In this document: positions 1 to 10,438 of the stretch, piece by piece | Position numbering within the stretch: position 1 is the first letter of the stretch | Layout: each line of letters starts with the position of its first letter | NCBI GenBank assembly: GCA_965224705.1 | Contig: OZ245056.1 | Location: forward strand, 1,888,001 to 1,952,000 | DNA: 64,000 nucleotides | Direction: 5' to 3' | From: Spirochaetaceae bacterium | Lineage (GTDB): Bacteria > Spirochaetota > Spirochaetia > DSM-2461 | Made by a program: the position numbers and the translations under genes | Notes under the pieces: generated by a model | Seen by the model: the letters and a program-made list of their open reading frames with translations, nothing else | What the model was told of the DNA's origin: nothing | The model's database searches: none

Positions 1-111
1 TTTTTTCCCGGGAGGACAGGTGTTCAATTTCCGGGGTTCAGCCGTGCGGGGTTTGATTAACCCGATACCGGATTCTTTGATCTGAGTTAATCGGTCGGCC
101 AGCCTGTTCAT
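1..111 (-). CDS. 5' part of a gene running off the window edge; possibly a YprB/MrfB-type RNase H-like exonuclease
   Basis: ATG at 111 overlaps the helicase TAA stop; the frame is open to base 1 (MNRLADRLTQIKESG...). Identity inferred only from the usual helicase-exonuclease synteny. Confidence 0.45.
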   Translation of the reverse strand, partial: MNRLADRLTQIKESGIGLIKPRTAEPRKLNTCPPGKK

Positions 112-2417
112 TATGAACTCTCTCCGACTCCCTTCATCCAGGTGATCAGGAATTCAATTGTGGCTGTTTTAGGATTATCCTCCAGCCGCTCTCTTTCGTC
201 CAATGGCCCAACACAGGATGGACATCCTTCCTGACAGGAGCATCCCTTTACAAGATCCAATGCTGCCTGAAGCACTTCCTGGAGATGGGTTGAAAATGAT
301 TCGGCCAGTCCCATGCCTCCGGGATAGTTATCATACACATAAATGCCGCATGCACGAAAATGCGGATCAAGAACTCGTCCCGCCACCCCAACATCTCTCG
401 GCTGACTGAGAAGGAATATTGGTGTTATCACCCGGATAAGAGTGGCCACCCGGCCAATAACGGAGGGTTTGAGAGCCAGTGGTACTGCATCCCAGGCCTT
501 ACCGGCAGGTAATTCTCTGCTGAAGGAAAGGAAGACTCCCCGGGTATGCATTTCATCTTCGGGAAGATTAATACTGCCGTAGCCAATGTTCTCATGCGTG
601 CCAAACCGTATCTTTTTGTACTTGGCCACATTGGTACGGACCAGGAGGTCACCAAGATGCTCTTCCAAACCACACACACACTGCCGACTGTCTTCCATCA
701 ATACCTTGATATCACTTTTTGTCAGTGCATCTGTGTAGTAATTGACCTCTGTACATTCAACATGAGCATGATGATTGTCCAGATTGAGATGCTTCACCAT
801 GAATTGTTCTCCCCGGTGCAGATAAATGGCTTCGTCATGAAGGAGTTCCCTGGCAGAATGAGCATCCATCTCACCGATAACAGTGTTCCGGCCGGCCGTG
901 GTATCGATAATCACCACGTTTTCTTCTGTTCCGCCTCTCAGGGAAATCCGTTCGGAGGGATAGGATCGATCGGCCCAGAACCAGCGCCCTGCGGTGTGCC
1001 GGAGAACTCCCTGTTCTTCAAGAAAGTGGAGCATATCCTCTGTATTGCTGCCGAATTCTTCCCCATCTTCAAAAGGCAGTTCAAAGGCAGCACATTTCAT
1101 GTGATCGGCGAGAATGTAGATATTGTCCGGGTCGATATAGGCTGATTCCGGGCTTCTTCCAAGGAAGTATTCAGGATGCTTCACAAGGTATTGATCGGTG
1201 GGATTTGCCGAACCAGCCAATATGGCAACTGAAACATCCCCCGTTCGTCCAGCCCTGCCGACTCTTTGCCAGGCAGAGGAAACCGAAGAGGGCAGTCCAG
1301 CCAATATGGCCGCATCAAGTCCCCCGATGTCAATTCCCAGTTCCAGGGCATTGGTGGATACTACACCCTGAATTGAATTATCCCTCAATCCTTTTTCCAC
1401 AGCTCGCCGTTCTGATGGCAGATAACCACCCCGGTAGGATTCGACTCGAATTCTTTGATTTTCATTGTAAACATTGGCCAGTGAATCATTAATGTATGCT
1501 GAAACCAGTTCAGCTCTCACACGGCTCTGGGTGAAGACAATGGTTTTTACCCCGGAAGTTAAGAGATGCAATGCCAGACGCCGGGATTCAAGAACCACTC
1601 CACGGCGTATACCTTGAATGGGATCCACGAGAGGAGGATTGTAGAGTATGAGATGCTTCTCTCCTGCCGGGGCTCCATTCCCCTCCACTTTAGTAAACGG
1701 TCGGCCTGTCAGCTTTCCAGCCAGTTCTGCCGGGTTTCCAATGGTAGCACTGGCGGCAATAATCGTTGGAGCGGATTCGTAGAAGCGGCAGATTCTTAGA
1801 ACTCTGCGCAGTAGATTGGCCATCTGGGATCCAAATACCCCGGTGTAAGTATGAAGCTCATCCAGTACAATGTATTTCACATTTTGAAAGAAGGATTTCC
1901 ATTTTGTGTGATTGGGTAAAACACCCGTATGCAGCATGTCGGGATTGGTGATAATGATACGGCCATTCTGACGGGAGGCTGTACGGATGGAGGAGGGGGT
2001 ATCTCCATCAAAGGTATACACGGATACCGGAAGTTTACCGGTCAGTAGAAGTTCATTGAGGGCGGATTGCTGATCCTGACTCAGGGCCTTGGTGGGAAAA
2101 AGATAGAGAGCACGGGACGATGTGTCTTCAAGAAGTTTCTGCAGTACGGGCAGATTGTAGCACAGGGTTTTACCTGATGCGGTAGGTGTTATGATAACCG
2201 TATCTTTTCCCTGACGGATATGGTTCCAGCATTCTAACTGATGGGAATACAGCCGGGTAATGCCCAGTGAATTGAGAGATTGAGTGAGAATGGGAGAAAG
2301 ATCCTGGGGGAGTTCGGTCCATGATCCTTTTCGAGGGGGGATAATAGACCACTTTGTCACATTTTTTAGAAAAGTCTCATCCTGGCTCAACTCTTCCAAT
2401 AGCTTGTTTAAACTCAT
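111..2417 (-). CDS. DEAH-box helicase with C-terminal DUF1998 (MrfA/YprA/Hrq1-like)
   Basis: TPTASGKT Walker A, DELH motif, STNALELGIDIG, QRVGRAGR, C-terminal CSCQEGCPSC zinc motif. Confidence 0.92.
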   Translation of the reverse strand: MSLNKLLEELSQDETFLKNVTKWSIIPPRKGSWTELPQDLSPILTQSLNSLGITRLYSHQLECWNHIRQGKDTVIITPTASGKTLCYNLPVLQKLLEDTSSRALYLFPTKALSQDQQSALNELLLTGKLPVSVYTFDGDTPSSIRTASRQNGRIIITNPDMLHTGVLPNHTKWKSFFQNVKYIVLDELHTYTGVFGSQMANLLRRVLRICRFYESAPTIIAASATIGNPAELAGKLTGRPFTKVEGNGAPAGEKHLILYNPPLVDPIQGIRRGVVLESRRLALHLLTSGVKTIVFTQSRVRAELVSAYINDSLANVYNENQRIRVESYRGGYLPSERRAVEKGLRDNSIQGVVSTNALELGIDIGGLDAAILAGLPSSVSSAWQRVGRAGRTGDVSVAILAGSANPTDQYLVKHPEYFLGRSPESAYIDPDNIYILADHMKCAAFELPFEDGEEFGSNTEDMLHFLEEQGVLRHTAGRWFWADRSYPSERISLRGGTEENVVIIDTTAGRNTVIGEMDAHSARELLHDEAIYLHRGEQFMVKHLNLDNHHAHVECTEVNYYTDALTKSDIKVLMEDSRQCVCGLEEHLGDLLVRTNVAKYKKIRFGTHENIGYGSINLPEDEMHTRGVFLSFSRELPAGKAWDAVPLALKPSVIGRVATLIRVITPIFLLSQPRDVGVAGRVLDPHFRACGIYVYDNYPGGMGLAESFSTHLQEVLQAALDLVKGCSCQEGCPSCVGPLDERERLEDNPKTATIEFLITWMKGVGESS

Positions 2418-2489
2418 AGTTGTTATTATGCGGTATTAGGGTAGAGCAATCTACCCGATGAGCAATACTATCAATAAGAGGTGCATTTT

Positions 2490-3761
2490 ATGAAAAACAT
2501 ACTGACAATCATTCTTGGAGGCGGCAAGGGAACCCGTCTCTACCCACTGACCGCCAAAAGAGCAAAACCGGCCTGTCCCTTTGGCGGAAAATATCGCCTG
2601 GTCGATATTCCTGTCAGCAACAGCATAAATTCCGGCTTCCGCCGCATTTATGTTTTAACACAGTTCAACTCAGCCAGTCTCCATCTTCACATAAGGCGAA
2701 CGTACAATTTCGATTCCTTCAGTGGTGATTATTGTGAAATACTGGCAGCCGAACAAACTCCGCGCAGCAGCGATTGGTACAGTGGAACAGCCGATGCGGT
2801 AAGAAAAAATCTTGAGCACTTCAGGGTTCAGAAACCAAGTCACTACATCATCCTGTCCGGCGATCAGCTTTACCGTATGGATCTCAGGGATTTCCTTCAG
2901 CAGCACATTGAATCGGGAATGCAGGTATCCATTGCAGCAACTCCTGTTACCCGTGAAGATGCCAGCGGTCTTGGCATACTTAAAATCAATCGGCAAAATA
3001 AAATAGAAGAATTTCTGGAAAAACCGGAACCGGACCGGGATATTGAAGAGTATAGAATGCAGGAACAAAGAGCTGAAGATAAGGAGAATAGAAAGGATTT
3101 CCTTGCCTCCATGGGTATTTATATATTTGATGCCGATGTAATGGAAAAGATGCTTGACAACGATAAAACGGATTTTGGTAAGGAAGTCATTCCTGATGCC
3201 ATTGGGAAGGTGGGTGTAAGGGCCTATATTCACCATGGTTTCTGGGAGGATATAGGTACTATCAAGAATTTCTATGAAGTCAACATCCACATGGGTGACC
3301 CCTTTCCTGAGTTTAATCTGTATGATCAGGACTATCCTCTTTACACGCACAGAAGAGATCTTCCTCCGACGAAAATAAATTCCAGCACATTGACGAACAG
3401 TATTGCCTCCGAGGGGTCCATCCTCACCAATACCGTTATCACACGCAGCCTTATTGGTATAAGAAGCATCATTGGATCTGGTTCTACACTCGATGGTGTT
3501 TACACAATGGGTGCCGATTACTATGAATCCCATGAGCAAAAAGAAGAGAATCGCAGGAAGAATATTCCCGATTTCGGGATAGGTGAAAACACCCGGATAT
3601 CCAGGGCTATCATCGATCGAAATGCAAGAATCGGCAAGAATTGCCGAATCGGTGTTGATCAGATGGAGAGATTTGATGATGACTATGAGGGATATGTTAT
3701 ACGGGATGGTATTATAATAATTCTCAAAGGAGCCTTCATACCGGATGACACAGTTATATAG
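2490..3761 (+). CDS. glgC: Glucose-1-phosphate adenylyltransferase
   Basis: GGGKGTRLYPLT..RAKPA, GTADAVR, LSGDQLY, WEDIGT motifs; ATG at 2490 (GTG at 2481 also possible). Confidence 0.97.
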   Translation: MKNILTIILGGGKGTRLYPLTAKRAKPACPFGGKYRLVDIPVSNSINSGFRRIYVLTQFNSASLHLHIRRTYNFDSFSGDYCEILAAEQTPRSSDWYSGTADAVRKNLEHFRVQKPSHYIILSGDQLYRMDLRDFLQQHIESGMQVSIAATPVTREDASGLGILKINRQNKIEEFLEKPEPDRDIEEYRMQEQRAEDKENRKDFLASMGIYIFDADVMEKMLDNDKTDFGKEVIPDAIGKVGVRAYIHHGFWEDIGTIKNFYEVNIHMGDPFPEFNLYDQDYPLYTHRRDLPPTKINSSTLTNSIASEGSILTNTVITRSLIGIRSIIGSGSTLDGVYTMGADYYESHEQKEENRRKNIPDFGIGENTRISRAIIDRNARIGKNCRIGVDQMERFDDDYEGYVIRDGIIIILKGAFIPDDTVI

Positions 3762-3776
3762 GGAAGGTGCGATGTT

Positions 3777-4283
3777 GTGATCAATAAATCCTGGAATACA
3801 ACATGCATGGAAACAGTGGATGAGGTTCACTTCAAGATACAATGGTCTCCATGGGGAGTTATGAGTAAATGGGTAATCAACTGGATTGTGCCTTCCGAAT
3901 CCGGTATATTTCAATTCTGGGTCAAAAAGGGACGTGGTATTGAGTTATTGCACACAGAAACAACATATTATGGCGGATTGAGGAACACCCTTCGGGAGGT
4001 CATCGATCTCATGGCACCATCAGGGAGTCGGCTTCGAGAAATCATAGGGAACAGGGAAATCTGGTTCCGATACAGCATCCTTGCCAGTCGAAGTCAACTG
4101 GAATTACTGCAGGAATGGTATAATCAAACCCGGAACGACCCGATCAGTGACAGCCGTGAGATATACCTGAAAGAGCTGGAAACTCTTAAGAGATTTCCTC
4201 TTCCCCCACCAGATATCGTCATAAATGAAGGAAAGAGGATGGCGGATCAGGAGTTTGGGGCGATCATACCGAACCCGGAGTAG
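3777..4283 (+). CDS. Hypothetical protein (weak GIY-YIG-like N-terminus)
   Basis: 168-aa ORF directly downstream of glgC; PSESGIF...YYGGLRNTL. Confidence 0.6.
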   Translation: MINKSWNTTCMETVDEVHFKIQWSPWGVMSKWVINWIVPSESGIFQFWVKKGRGIELLHTETTYYGGLRNTLREVIDLMAPSGSRLREIIGNREIWFRYSILASRSQLELLQEWYNQTRNDPISDSREIYLKELETLKRFPLPPPDIVINEGKRMADQEFGAIIPNPE

Positions 4284-4324
4284 CACGGCAATCGCATCTA
4301 AAATCCACTAGCCAGAGTGTTCTT

Positions 4325-4603
4325 CAAAGCCTTATTCATGGGTTTTTAACCGCAGAGGACGCAGAGAGCGCAGAGTGTTCAAGATAAATGTTGACCAATC
4401 TGTTTATGCTATAGAGACGAAAAAACCCGGACTAAAGTAAGACTTTTTCTCCATTTTTGGGCGTTTTGCCCAAAATGTGGGTGCGTCCATGCGCCCACGG
4501 GCAGCTCTAAGCGGTTTTAAGAGCTCCCCTATATCTCTCTGCGTACCTCTGCGTTCTCTGCGGTTTAATGCCGCTTTGAGGAGATTCCATATTCTTTGAG
4601 ACA
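4325..4603. repeat. CGCAGAG palindromic element (inverted copy of the 56-63 kb unit element) with an insertion of about 120 bp in its loop
   Basis: Arms AACCGCAGAGGACGCAGAGAGCGCAGAG (from 4348) and CTCTGCGTACCTCTGCGTTCTCTGCGGTT (to 4565); flanks match the reverse complement of the flanks at 61790-61955. Confidence 0.85.
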
Positions 4604-4772
4604 CGAGATAAAAATTTCCATTGACTCCAAAAATCAGTGTTTTTCATTTTTTTTTTGGGACAGAATTAGATGCAATTACCCTGATGGATCATCCGCCTGT
4701 TTTGGGTGCTTGCCTTTATCAATCAGAGATGCTAAGTATTACGGGTCTCAATGTGGAGTTGATGTTTTATCG

Positions 4773-6461
4773 ATGAATAGTGTTCTACAGGTTTTAAATC
4801 TTATTGGCGGGCTTGGCGTTTTCCTGGTTGGGATGCGTATCATGAGTGATGGAATTCAAAAGAGATCGGGAGATCGATTGAAGTCAGTTCTCTACATTCT
4901 GACGGAGAATCGTTTCAGCGGAGTACTGACCGGCATTGGGGTAACTTCCATTATTCAGTCATCTTCAGCGACCACCGTTATACTTGTCAGTCTGGTCAAT
5001 GCGGGTTTGGTAACCTTAAAGCAATCCATTGGTGTGATTATGGGAGCAAACATAGGCACGACTCTCACCGCATGGGTTGTTTCGATTATTGGATTCAAGT
5101 TTAGAATCACATCGTTTGCTTTGCCGGCTATAGCCATTGCCATACCCTTTTATTTCTCAAGCCATTCAAAGCGCAAGGAAACGGCCGATATTCTCATTGG
5201 ATTTGGACTCCTTTTTCTGGGATTGAGTTTCATGAAAGAATCTGTTCCCGATATTAGGAATAATCCAGAAGTTTTAAATTTCCTGTCGGATTGGAGTCAG
5301 TGGGGCTTTGGTTCCATCCTTCTTTTTGTCTTTATAGGAACGATACTCACAATTGTAGTGCAGTCTTCCTCAGCGGCCATGACGATTACCCTCACAATGG
5401 CATTCAAGGGCTGGATTAGTTTCCCTGTGGCTGCTGCCGTTGTCCTGGGAGAGAACATCGGAACAACAATAACCGCTTTTATTGCATCCATGCCGATGAA
5501 TGCAACGGCAAGACGTGCGGCCCGGGCTCATATGCTGTTTAATCTCATTGGAATAATCTGGATGCTTACCGTGTTTACACCATTCACCAATTTGATTGAC
5601 CGCATGATTCCCGGCAGTGATACGGATGTTTCATCCATACCTATACAGCTTTCCGTGTTTCATTCACTCTTTAACCTCATGAATACAATGCTGTTGCTGG
5701 GATTTGTTTCCCCCCTTACCAGCATAGTTGAGAAAATGGTCAAAACAGATCCGGCCAAAATAGAAGATGCTCCTTTTCAGCTGCAATTGGTGCCCGGAAA
5801 CCTGGATGATGCTGTTGATGCCAATTTGATTACAATTCGCTCAAAACTTGCGGAAATGTCAGAAGTCACTTTGAGGATGCTGAGAAATATACTGGAAGGC
5901 AGCAAAAACAGTAAGGAATTCTCCACAGTCATAGCATCACTGACTGATGATGAGAAACGTGCTGACGATATGCAGGAGCAGATAATTCACTATCTCACAA
6001 AATGTACCCAGCGGCCATTGGGAAGAGATAAGGCAATAACAGTTGCATCCCAGAGACGAATAACCAATGAACTTGAATCCATCGCAGATTCTATTTTCAG
6101 CATAGGACTTTTAAGGAACAGGCTTCATACAAAAGGACTTGGCTTCCACAAACAGGGGGAAGATGAGCTTACAGAGTATTCCAGGTATGTAATGGAATTT
6201 CTTGAGTACAATCAGAGTTTTCTCAGCCACGATCTTGAAAATTACAACCTGAAGACACCCCTGAACATGGAAGCCAGAATCAATAAAATGCGTGATGAAC
6301 TCCGTAAGCGGTCACGCAAAATCATTGAATATGAATCTGATGTTGACGTAAAAGGAGAGCTCATTTTCATGGATATCGTCCGCCATCTGGAGCACATGGG
6401 TGACAGTTCCCTCAATGTTTCTGAAGCGATTGCAGAACTCCCGGAACTGGTTCAAAGCTGA
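4773..6461 (+). CDS. Na+/phosphate cotransporter with PhoU-like C-terminal domains
   Basis: Two QSSSA repeats, GANIGTT and GENIGTT; start moved to ATG 4773. Confidence 0.93.
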   Translation: MNSVLQVLNLIGGLGVFLVGMRIMSDGIQKRSGDRLKSVLYILTENRFSGVLTGIGVTSIIQSSSATTVILVSLVNAGLVTLKQSIGVIMGANIGTTLTAWVVSIIGFKFRITSFALPAIAIAIPFYFSSHSKRKETADILIGFGLLFLGLSFMKESVPDIRNNPEVLNFLSDWSQWGFGSILLFVFIGTILTIVVQSSSAAMTITLTMAFKGWISFPVAAAVVLGENIGTTITAFIASMPMNATARRAARAHMLFNLIGIIWMLTVFTPFTNLIDRMIPGSDTDVSSIPIQLSVFHSLFNLMNTMLLLGFVSPLTSIVEKMVKTDPAKIEDAPFQLQLVPGNLDDAVDANLITIRSKLAEMSEVTLRMLRNILEGSKNSKEFSTVIASLTDDEKRADDMQEQIIHYLTKCTQRPLGRDKAITVASQRRITNELESIADSIFSIGLLRNRLHTKGLGFHKQGEDELTEYSRYVMEFLEYNQSFLSHDLENYNLKTPLNMEARINKMRDELRKRSRKIIEYESDVDVKGELIFMDIVRHLEHMGDSSLNVSEAIAELPELVQS

Positions 6462-6510
6462 GAACTATGCCTCCTTTTCAGTGTATAATTTCAAACAGGA
6501 GGAGAAATCC

Positions 6511-7680
6511 ATGTTACCACGTAGAATGACAGCAAAACAGGCACTTATCGTCCTGACCACAGTATTTTTAGGAATCAGCATACCAGTCCATTCTCAGCAG
6601 TATATCAGAGAAAGATCCGAGCGGGAGAATTTCATCGCCAGACGCATTATCGGCGGTTTATCATATCCCTGGGGGATGGCCATTCTTCCAGATGGCAGGA
6701 TTCTTGTAACAGAAAAAACAGGCAGCTTGCTCCTGGTGGATGGTAAATCCGCGAAGAAGGTCAGGGGAGTGCCCAGAGTTGCAGTCATTGGACAGGGCGG
6801 CCTTCTGGATGTGGTTATTTCCCCTGATTACAGCAAAAACTCATTGGTCTACCTGAGTTTTGCCGAGGAAAAATCCGGTCTTTACGGCACCGCTGTTGCC
6901 CGTGGACGACTCGACGGTGTTTTAAGCCCTTCACCGGAGTTGAAAGAGATGGAAGTAATCTACAGTGCCTACCCTAAAAGTACAGGAGGACTTCATTTCG
7001 GTTCCCGATCAACTTTTGACAATAAGGGGTATCTCTATATTACTCTGGGTGAGCGCGGCACCATGAACAGGGCTCAGAATCCTTTCGATCCTGCTGGAAG
7101 CGTGCTTCGACTCAACCCCGACGGTTCGATTCCCAGAGACAACCCTTTTGCTCCCGGCACCACCGGTGAAGGCAGGGGGGCTCCGGAAGTGTGGAGCTAC
7201 GGTTCCCGAAATGCTCAGGGCATGGCAAAGCATCCTGTGACCGGAAAAATATGGCTGCATGAACACGGTCCAAAAGGAGGCGATGAAGTTAACATCGTGA
7301 TGAAGGGAGCCAATTACGGCTGGCCGAAAGTGACACATGGAATCAATTATGATGGCAGTATCATCAGTCCTCACACCACAGCCGAGGGTTTTACTGACCC
7401 TGTTATCTACTGGGTGCCTTCCATTGCTCCGTCAGGGTTATCATTCTACACAGGAACCTTATTTCCTGAGTGGAAAGGCAATCTTTTTGCAGGTGCCCTG
7501 GCCGGTCAGCATCTACGCCGTCTGGTTTTGAAGGGAGACAGAGTTGTCCATCAGGAAGAATTGCTTAAAAACCGCATAGGCCGAATCCGGGATGTCCGCA
7601 GCAGTTTCGATGGTTACATCTATGTGCTGACTGATTCGAAAAAGGGAGCATTATACCGGCTGGAACCTGATGCTGATTAA
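6511..7680 (+). CDS. PQQ-dependent sugar dehydrogenase (YliI/soluble GDH family), secreted
   Basis: PWGMAILPDG, GQGGLLDV, HFGSR, HEHGPKGGDE, GANYGWP, GRIRDV; GGAG RBS before 6511; signal peptide. Confidence 0.92.
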   Translation: MLPRRMTAKQALIVLTTVFLGISIPVHSQQYIRERSERENFIARRIIGGLSYPWGMAILPDGRILVTEKTGSLLLVDGKSAKKVRGVPRVAVIGQGGLLDVVISPDYSKNSLVYLSFAEEKSGLYGTAVARGRLDGVLSPSPELKEMEVIYSAYPKSTGGLHFGSRSTFDNKGYLYITLGERGTMNRAQNPFDPAGSVLRLNPDGSIPRDNPFAPGTTGEGRGAPEVWSYGSRNAQGMAKHPVTGKIWLHEHGPKGGDEVNIVMKGANYGWPKVTHGINYDGSIISPHTTAEGFTDPVIYWVPSIAPSGLSFYTGTLFPEWKGNLFAGALAGQHLRRLVLKGDRVVHQEELLKNRIGRIRDVRSSFDGYIYVLTDSKKGALYRLEPDAD

Positions 7681-8594
7681 CACCAGCCGTGCAGATCCGA
7701 GATCTTATTAAATCCCTCCCCTTCCATGTATTTCGTTATTCCATCCAGAACTCTGGCCGGAGCATCAGGTTCAGAGAAAAGTGCCGTCCCAATCTGCACA
7801 GCCGACGCACCGGCCAAAAAATATTCAAGGGCATCATCAGCACAGGCAATGCCTCCTGTGCCGATAACAGGAGCATCAACGGCCCGGGCCACCCTCCATA
7901 CAGCACCAACGCCCACAGGACGAATCGCCGGACCGGACAGACCGCCCGTCCCCCCTGGAATAATGGGTTGGCGCCGCTGAATATCAATCTTCATTCCAAC
8001 AAGAGTATTGATACAGGAGAGAGCATCGGCACCCGTACCAACAGCCACCCTTGCCAGCTCGGCAATATCTGTTACATTGGGTGAAAGCTTGACAATAAGG
8101 GGTTTGGCGATGACTTTCCGTACAGCCCTGACCAGTTTTTCCAGCACTTCGGGATCGGTTCCAAAGGCCATTCCTCCATGTTTCACATTGGGACAGGACA
8201 CATTGAGTTCTACTCCCCACACAGAATCACATTCATTCATGGCTTCACACACAAGGACGTAATCGGATTCAACAGCCCCGGCAACATTGACGATAACCGG
8301 GCATGGCAGGTTTTGAATAATTGGAATCTTCTCCTGCAGAAAAGCTTTCAGGCCAGGATTGGCCAGTCCGATTGCATTGATTAATCCCGCCGGAGTTTCA
8401 GTCAATCGAGGCGGCCTGTTGCCGACACGGGGTTCAGGGGTTACAGCCTTGGTAAAAATGCCGCCAAGGGAACTATAATCAATCAGGGAAGCATATTCCT
8501 CACCGAAACCAAAGACGCCTGATGCAGCTGTGACGGGATTCGGGAGGATTTTGTCTGAGATCTGCACACTGAGATCTATCGGGGGATTCACCAT
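7677..8594 (-). CDS. pyrD: Dihydroorotate dehydrogenase family 1B, catalytic subunit
   Basis: ASGVFGFG, NAIGLANPG, NVSCPNV, KLSPN, GGLSGPAI. Confidence 0.95.
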   Translation of the reverse strand: MVNPPIDLSVQISDKILPNPVTAASGVFGFGEEYASLIDYSSLGGIFTKAVTPEPRVGNRPPRLTETPAGLINAIGLANPGLKAFLQEKIPIIQNLPCPVIVNVAGAVESDYVLVCEAMNECDSVWGVELNVSCPNVKHGGMAFGTDPEVLEKLVRAVRKVIAKPLIVKLSPNVTDIAELARVAVGTGADALSCINTLVGMKIDIQRRQPIIPGGTGGLSGPAIRPVGVGAVWRVARAVDAPVIGTGGIACADDALEYFLAGASAVQIGTALFSEPDAPARVLDGITKYMEGEGFNKISDLHGWC

Positions 8595-9367
8595 TTTACG
8601 ATCCTGGAATCAAAGACGGACCCCTCCAGGCAGGCCCGTTTATACGCCGTCTGGTTATTCTGATCGACCACCGGAACGGCACAGCCCTGGCATGCGCCGA
8701 CTCCGCACGCCATCATCTCTTCCATAGAAACCCATGACGGCCGGTTTGAATCCACGGCAAGGTGATGAATTGCGGTCATCATGGGCAAAGGACCGCAGCT
8801 GTAGAAAGCCGCATTACCCACATCGGCCTGCGACACCCCATCAAGAACAGTGCCGGTGATGCCGGTGCTTCCATCTTCTGTGCACAGCCGTAATTCAACT
8901 TCCGGAGGCCAGTTCAGAGAGGGCAGAAAGTCTGCACTTCGGTTTCCCACAATCACCAGAGGAGTGAATCCACGCTGCACAAGGTCAACAGAAAAAAAGT
9001 ACATCGGTCCGATTCCAGCCCCGCCAGCGACAAGAATGGGCCGTTGATCCAGATCCGGCAGGGGGAAAAATGAACCCAGAGGACCGATCCAGTTAACCTC
9101 GCCGCCGCTATTCATAGAAGCCAGATCCCTGGTGGCAGAACCTCTGATTTCATAGATAAAAGCAACACTTGATTCCCCGACATCGGAGTACGCAAAGGGA
9201 CGGCGCAGAAGAGTCAATGGGTAGCTGTCAGGTAATATAGTAAGGAACTGACCAGGTCTGGGTGTTGGTCCTGTACCATCCCAATGGATATGAATTTCCT
9301 TGCAGTCATGGGCAATAGTTTCATTGGAGAGAATTTCTCCGGTCTGTTGAATGCAGTTGGGGGTCAT
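8588..9367 (-). CDS. pyrK: Dihydroorotate dehydrogenase electron transfer subunit
   Basis: PGQF, LRRPF, GPLG, AGGAGIGP, CGP, MACGVGACQGC..C [2Fe-2S] motif; overlaps pyrD. Confidence 0.93.
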   Translation of the reverse strand: MTPNCIQQTGEILSNETIAHDCKEIHIHWDGTGPTPRPGQFLTILPDSYPLTLLRRPFAYSDVGESSVAFIYEIRGSATRDLASMNSGGEVNWIGPLGSFFPLPDLDQRPILVAGGAGIGPMYFFSVDLVQRGFTPLVIVGNRSADFLPSLNWPPEVELRLCTEDGSTGITGTVLDGVSQADVGNAAFYSCGPLPMMTAIHHLAVDSNRPSWVSMEEMMACGVGACQGCAVPVVDQNNQTAYKRACLEGSVFDSRIVKW

Positions 9368-9792
9368 TTTTGAGATATGACGGTTCCAGGAGTTATACCT
9401 TTGGCGTTAGCCTGCAGCCAGCGAGTCAGATTGACGATTCGATCCGTTGTTTCCTGAGTGATGATGTGTTCGATCCGGCAGGATTGTTCCACAATTTCTT
9501 TCCCTTCCAGATCCAGGGCTGTTTTGAAGAATTCAGTTAGAACTTCATGGCGCTTGAATACTTCTCTGGCCTGTATCATTCCTTTCGGTGTAAGATTGAT
9601 GTATGAGTTTTTTTCATATTCTACTAAACCGTGAGATTTCAGAGTCTTCAATGCCCCGGTTACCGATGGCATCTGTACACCCATGTGTGCCGCAATATCC
9701 TTTACCCTGGCGACTCTATTCGCCTCTTCAAGAATAAGAATGGTTTCCAGATAGTCTTCCATGCTCGGGGTAAGTTTCTCTAATTCTCTCAT
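9364..9792 (-). CDS. DtxR/MntR (TroR-like) metal-dependent transcriptional regulator
   Basis: SMEDYLETI, ARVKDIA, PSVTGAL, RHEVL, CRIEH. Confidence 0.92.
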   Translation of the reverse strand: MRELEKLTPSMEDYLETILILEEANRVARVKDIAAHMGVQMPSVTGALKTLKSHGLVEYEKNSYINLTPKGMIQAREVFKRHEVLTEFFKTALDLEGKEIVEQSCRIEHIITQETTDRIVNLTRWLQANAKGITPGTVISQK

Positions 9793-9822
9793 GATGATGG
9801 CAAGGTAGCAGAATCAACAGAG

Positions 9823-10392
9823 TTAGGCAAGCAAGTTCTTATTCTGTGGGGCGCGGGGGAGCCTGCGTCTCCATTCTTCCCGCCAGTATGTTGAAAGAAA
9901 CCACAACCGTTCAGGATTATATCTGATTGAAAAACATGCAAGGTTGAGTGATCGCCAGTTCACTGTCTCGATGGGCTGGGTAATCGGAAGATTGTTATCG
10001 GGTTGTGAATTGTAGGCTATAGGAATACCTTCCAGCAGCGGGAAAAGACTGTCAGGAAGGTTGGATGGAAACTCTTTGAAGAGGGTCTTCTGCAGAGTAG
10101 TGAACCAGGTACCGGCATTCACAGGCCATATAATCCATTGGGCATTGGAGATGAGTTTCAGCGATGAGTGCAGGACAATGGGGTGTTTGCATCCAGGAAG
10201 TAACCCAGGAACGGGGGGAGATGGCAGACTGGATGAATAAAGAATGGGGAGTAGGGGAGGTAGGGGGGCCGGGATTCGTCCCAGAATAAAATGTTCCTTC
10301 TGTAGTTTCTGTACGGGGATATTGACAGCCTGGGGTGTAAGAAGACATGTGCAATAGAGTTCTCCTGAGGGTGACGGCTGATTGGATTTCAT
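9823..10392 (-). CDS. Hypothetical protein
   Basis: 189-aa ORF co-oriented with the downstream operon; no recognised motif. Confidence 0.5.
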   Translation of the reverse strand: MKSNQPSPSGELYCTCLLTPQAVNIPVQKLQKEHFILGRIPAPLPPLLPILYSSSLPSPPVPGLLPGCKHPIVLHSSLKLISNAQWIIWPVNAGTWFTTLQKTLFKEFPSNLPDSLFPLLEGIPIAYNSQPDNNLPITQPIETVNWRSLNLACFSIRYNPERLWFLSTYWREEWRRRLPRAPQNKNLLA

Positions 10393-10438
10393 GCTAGACT
10401 TATACTTGATTCTATATCACTAATGGTAAGGATGGAAT

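Noticed and set aside
2670..3914. 414-aa minus-strand ORF
   Set aside because: Antisense shadow of glgC with no recognisable motifs.
4404..4772. 66-aa ORF and N-terminal extension of the Na/Pi transporter
   Set aside because: They run through the palindromic repeat and intergenic DNA; transporter homology starts at 4773.
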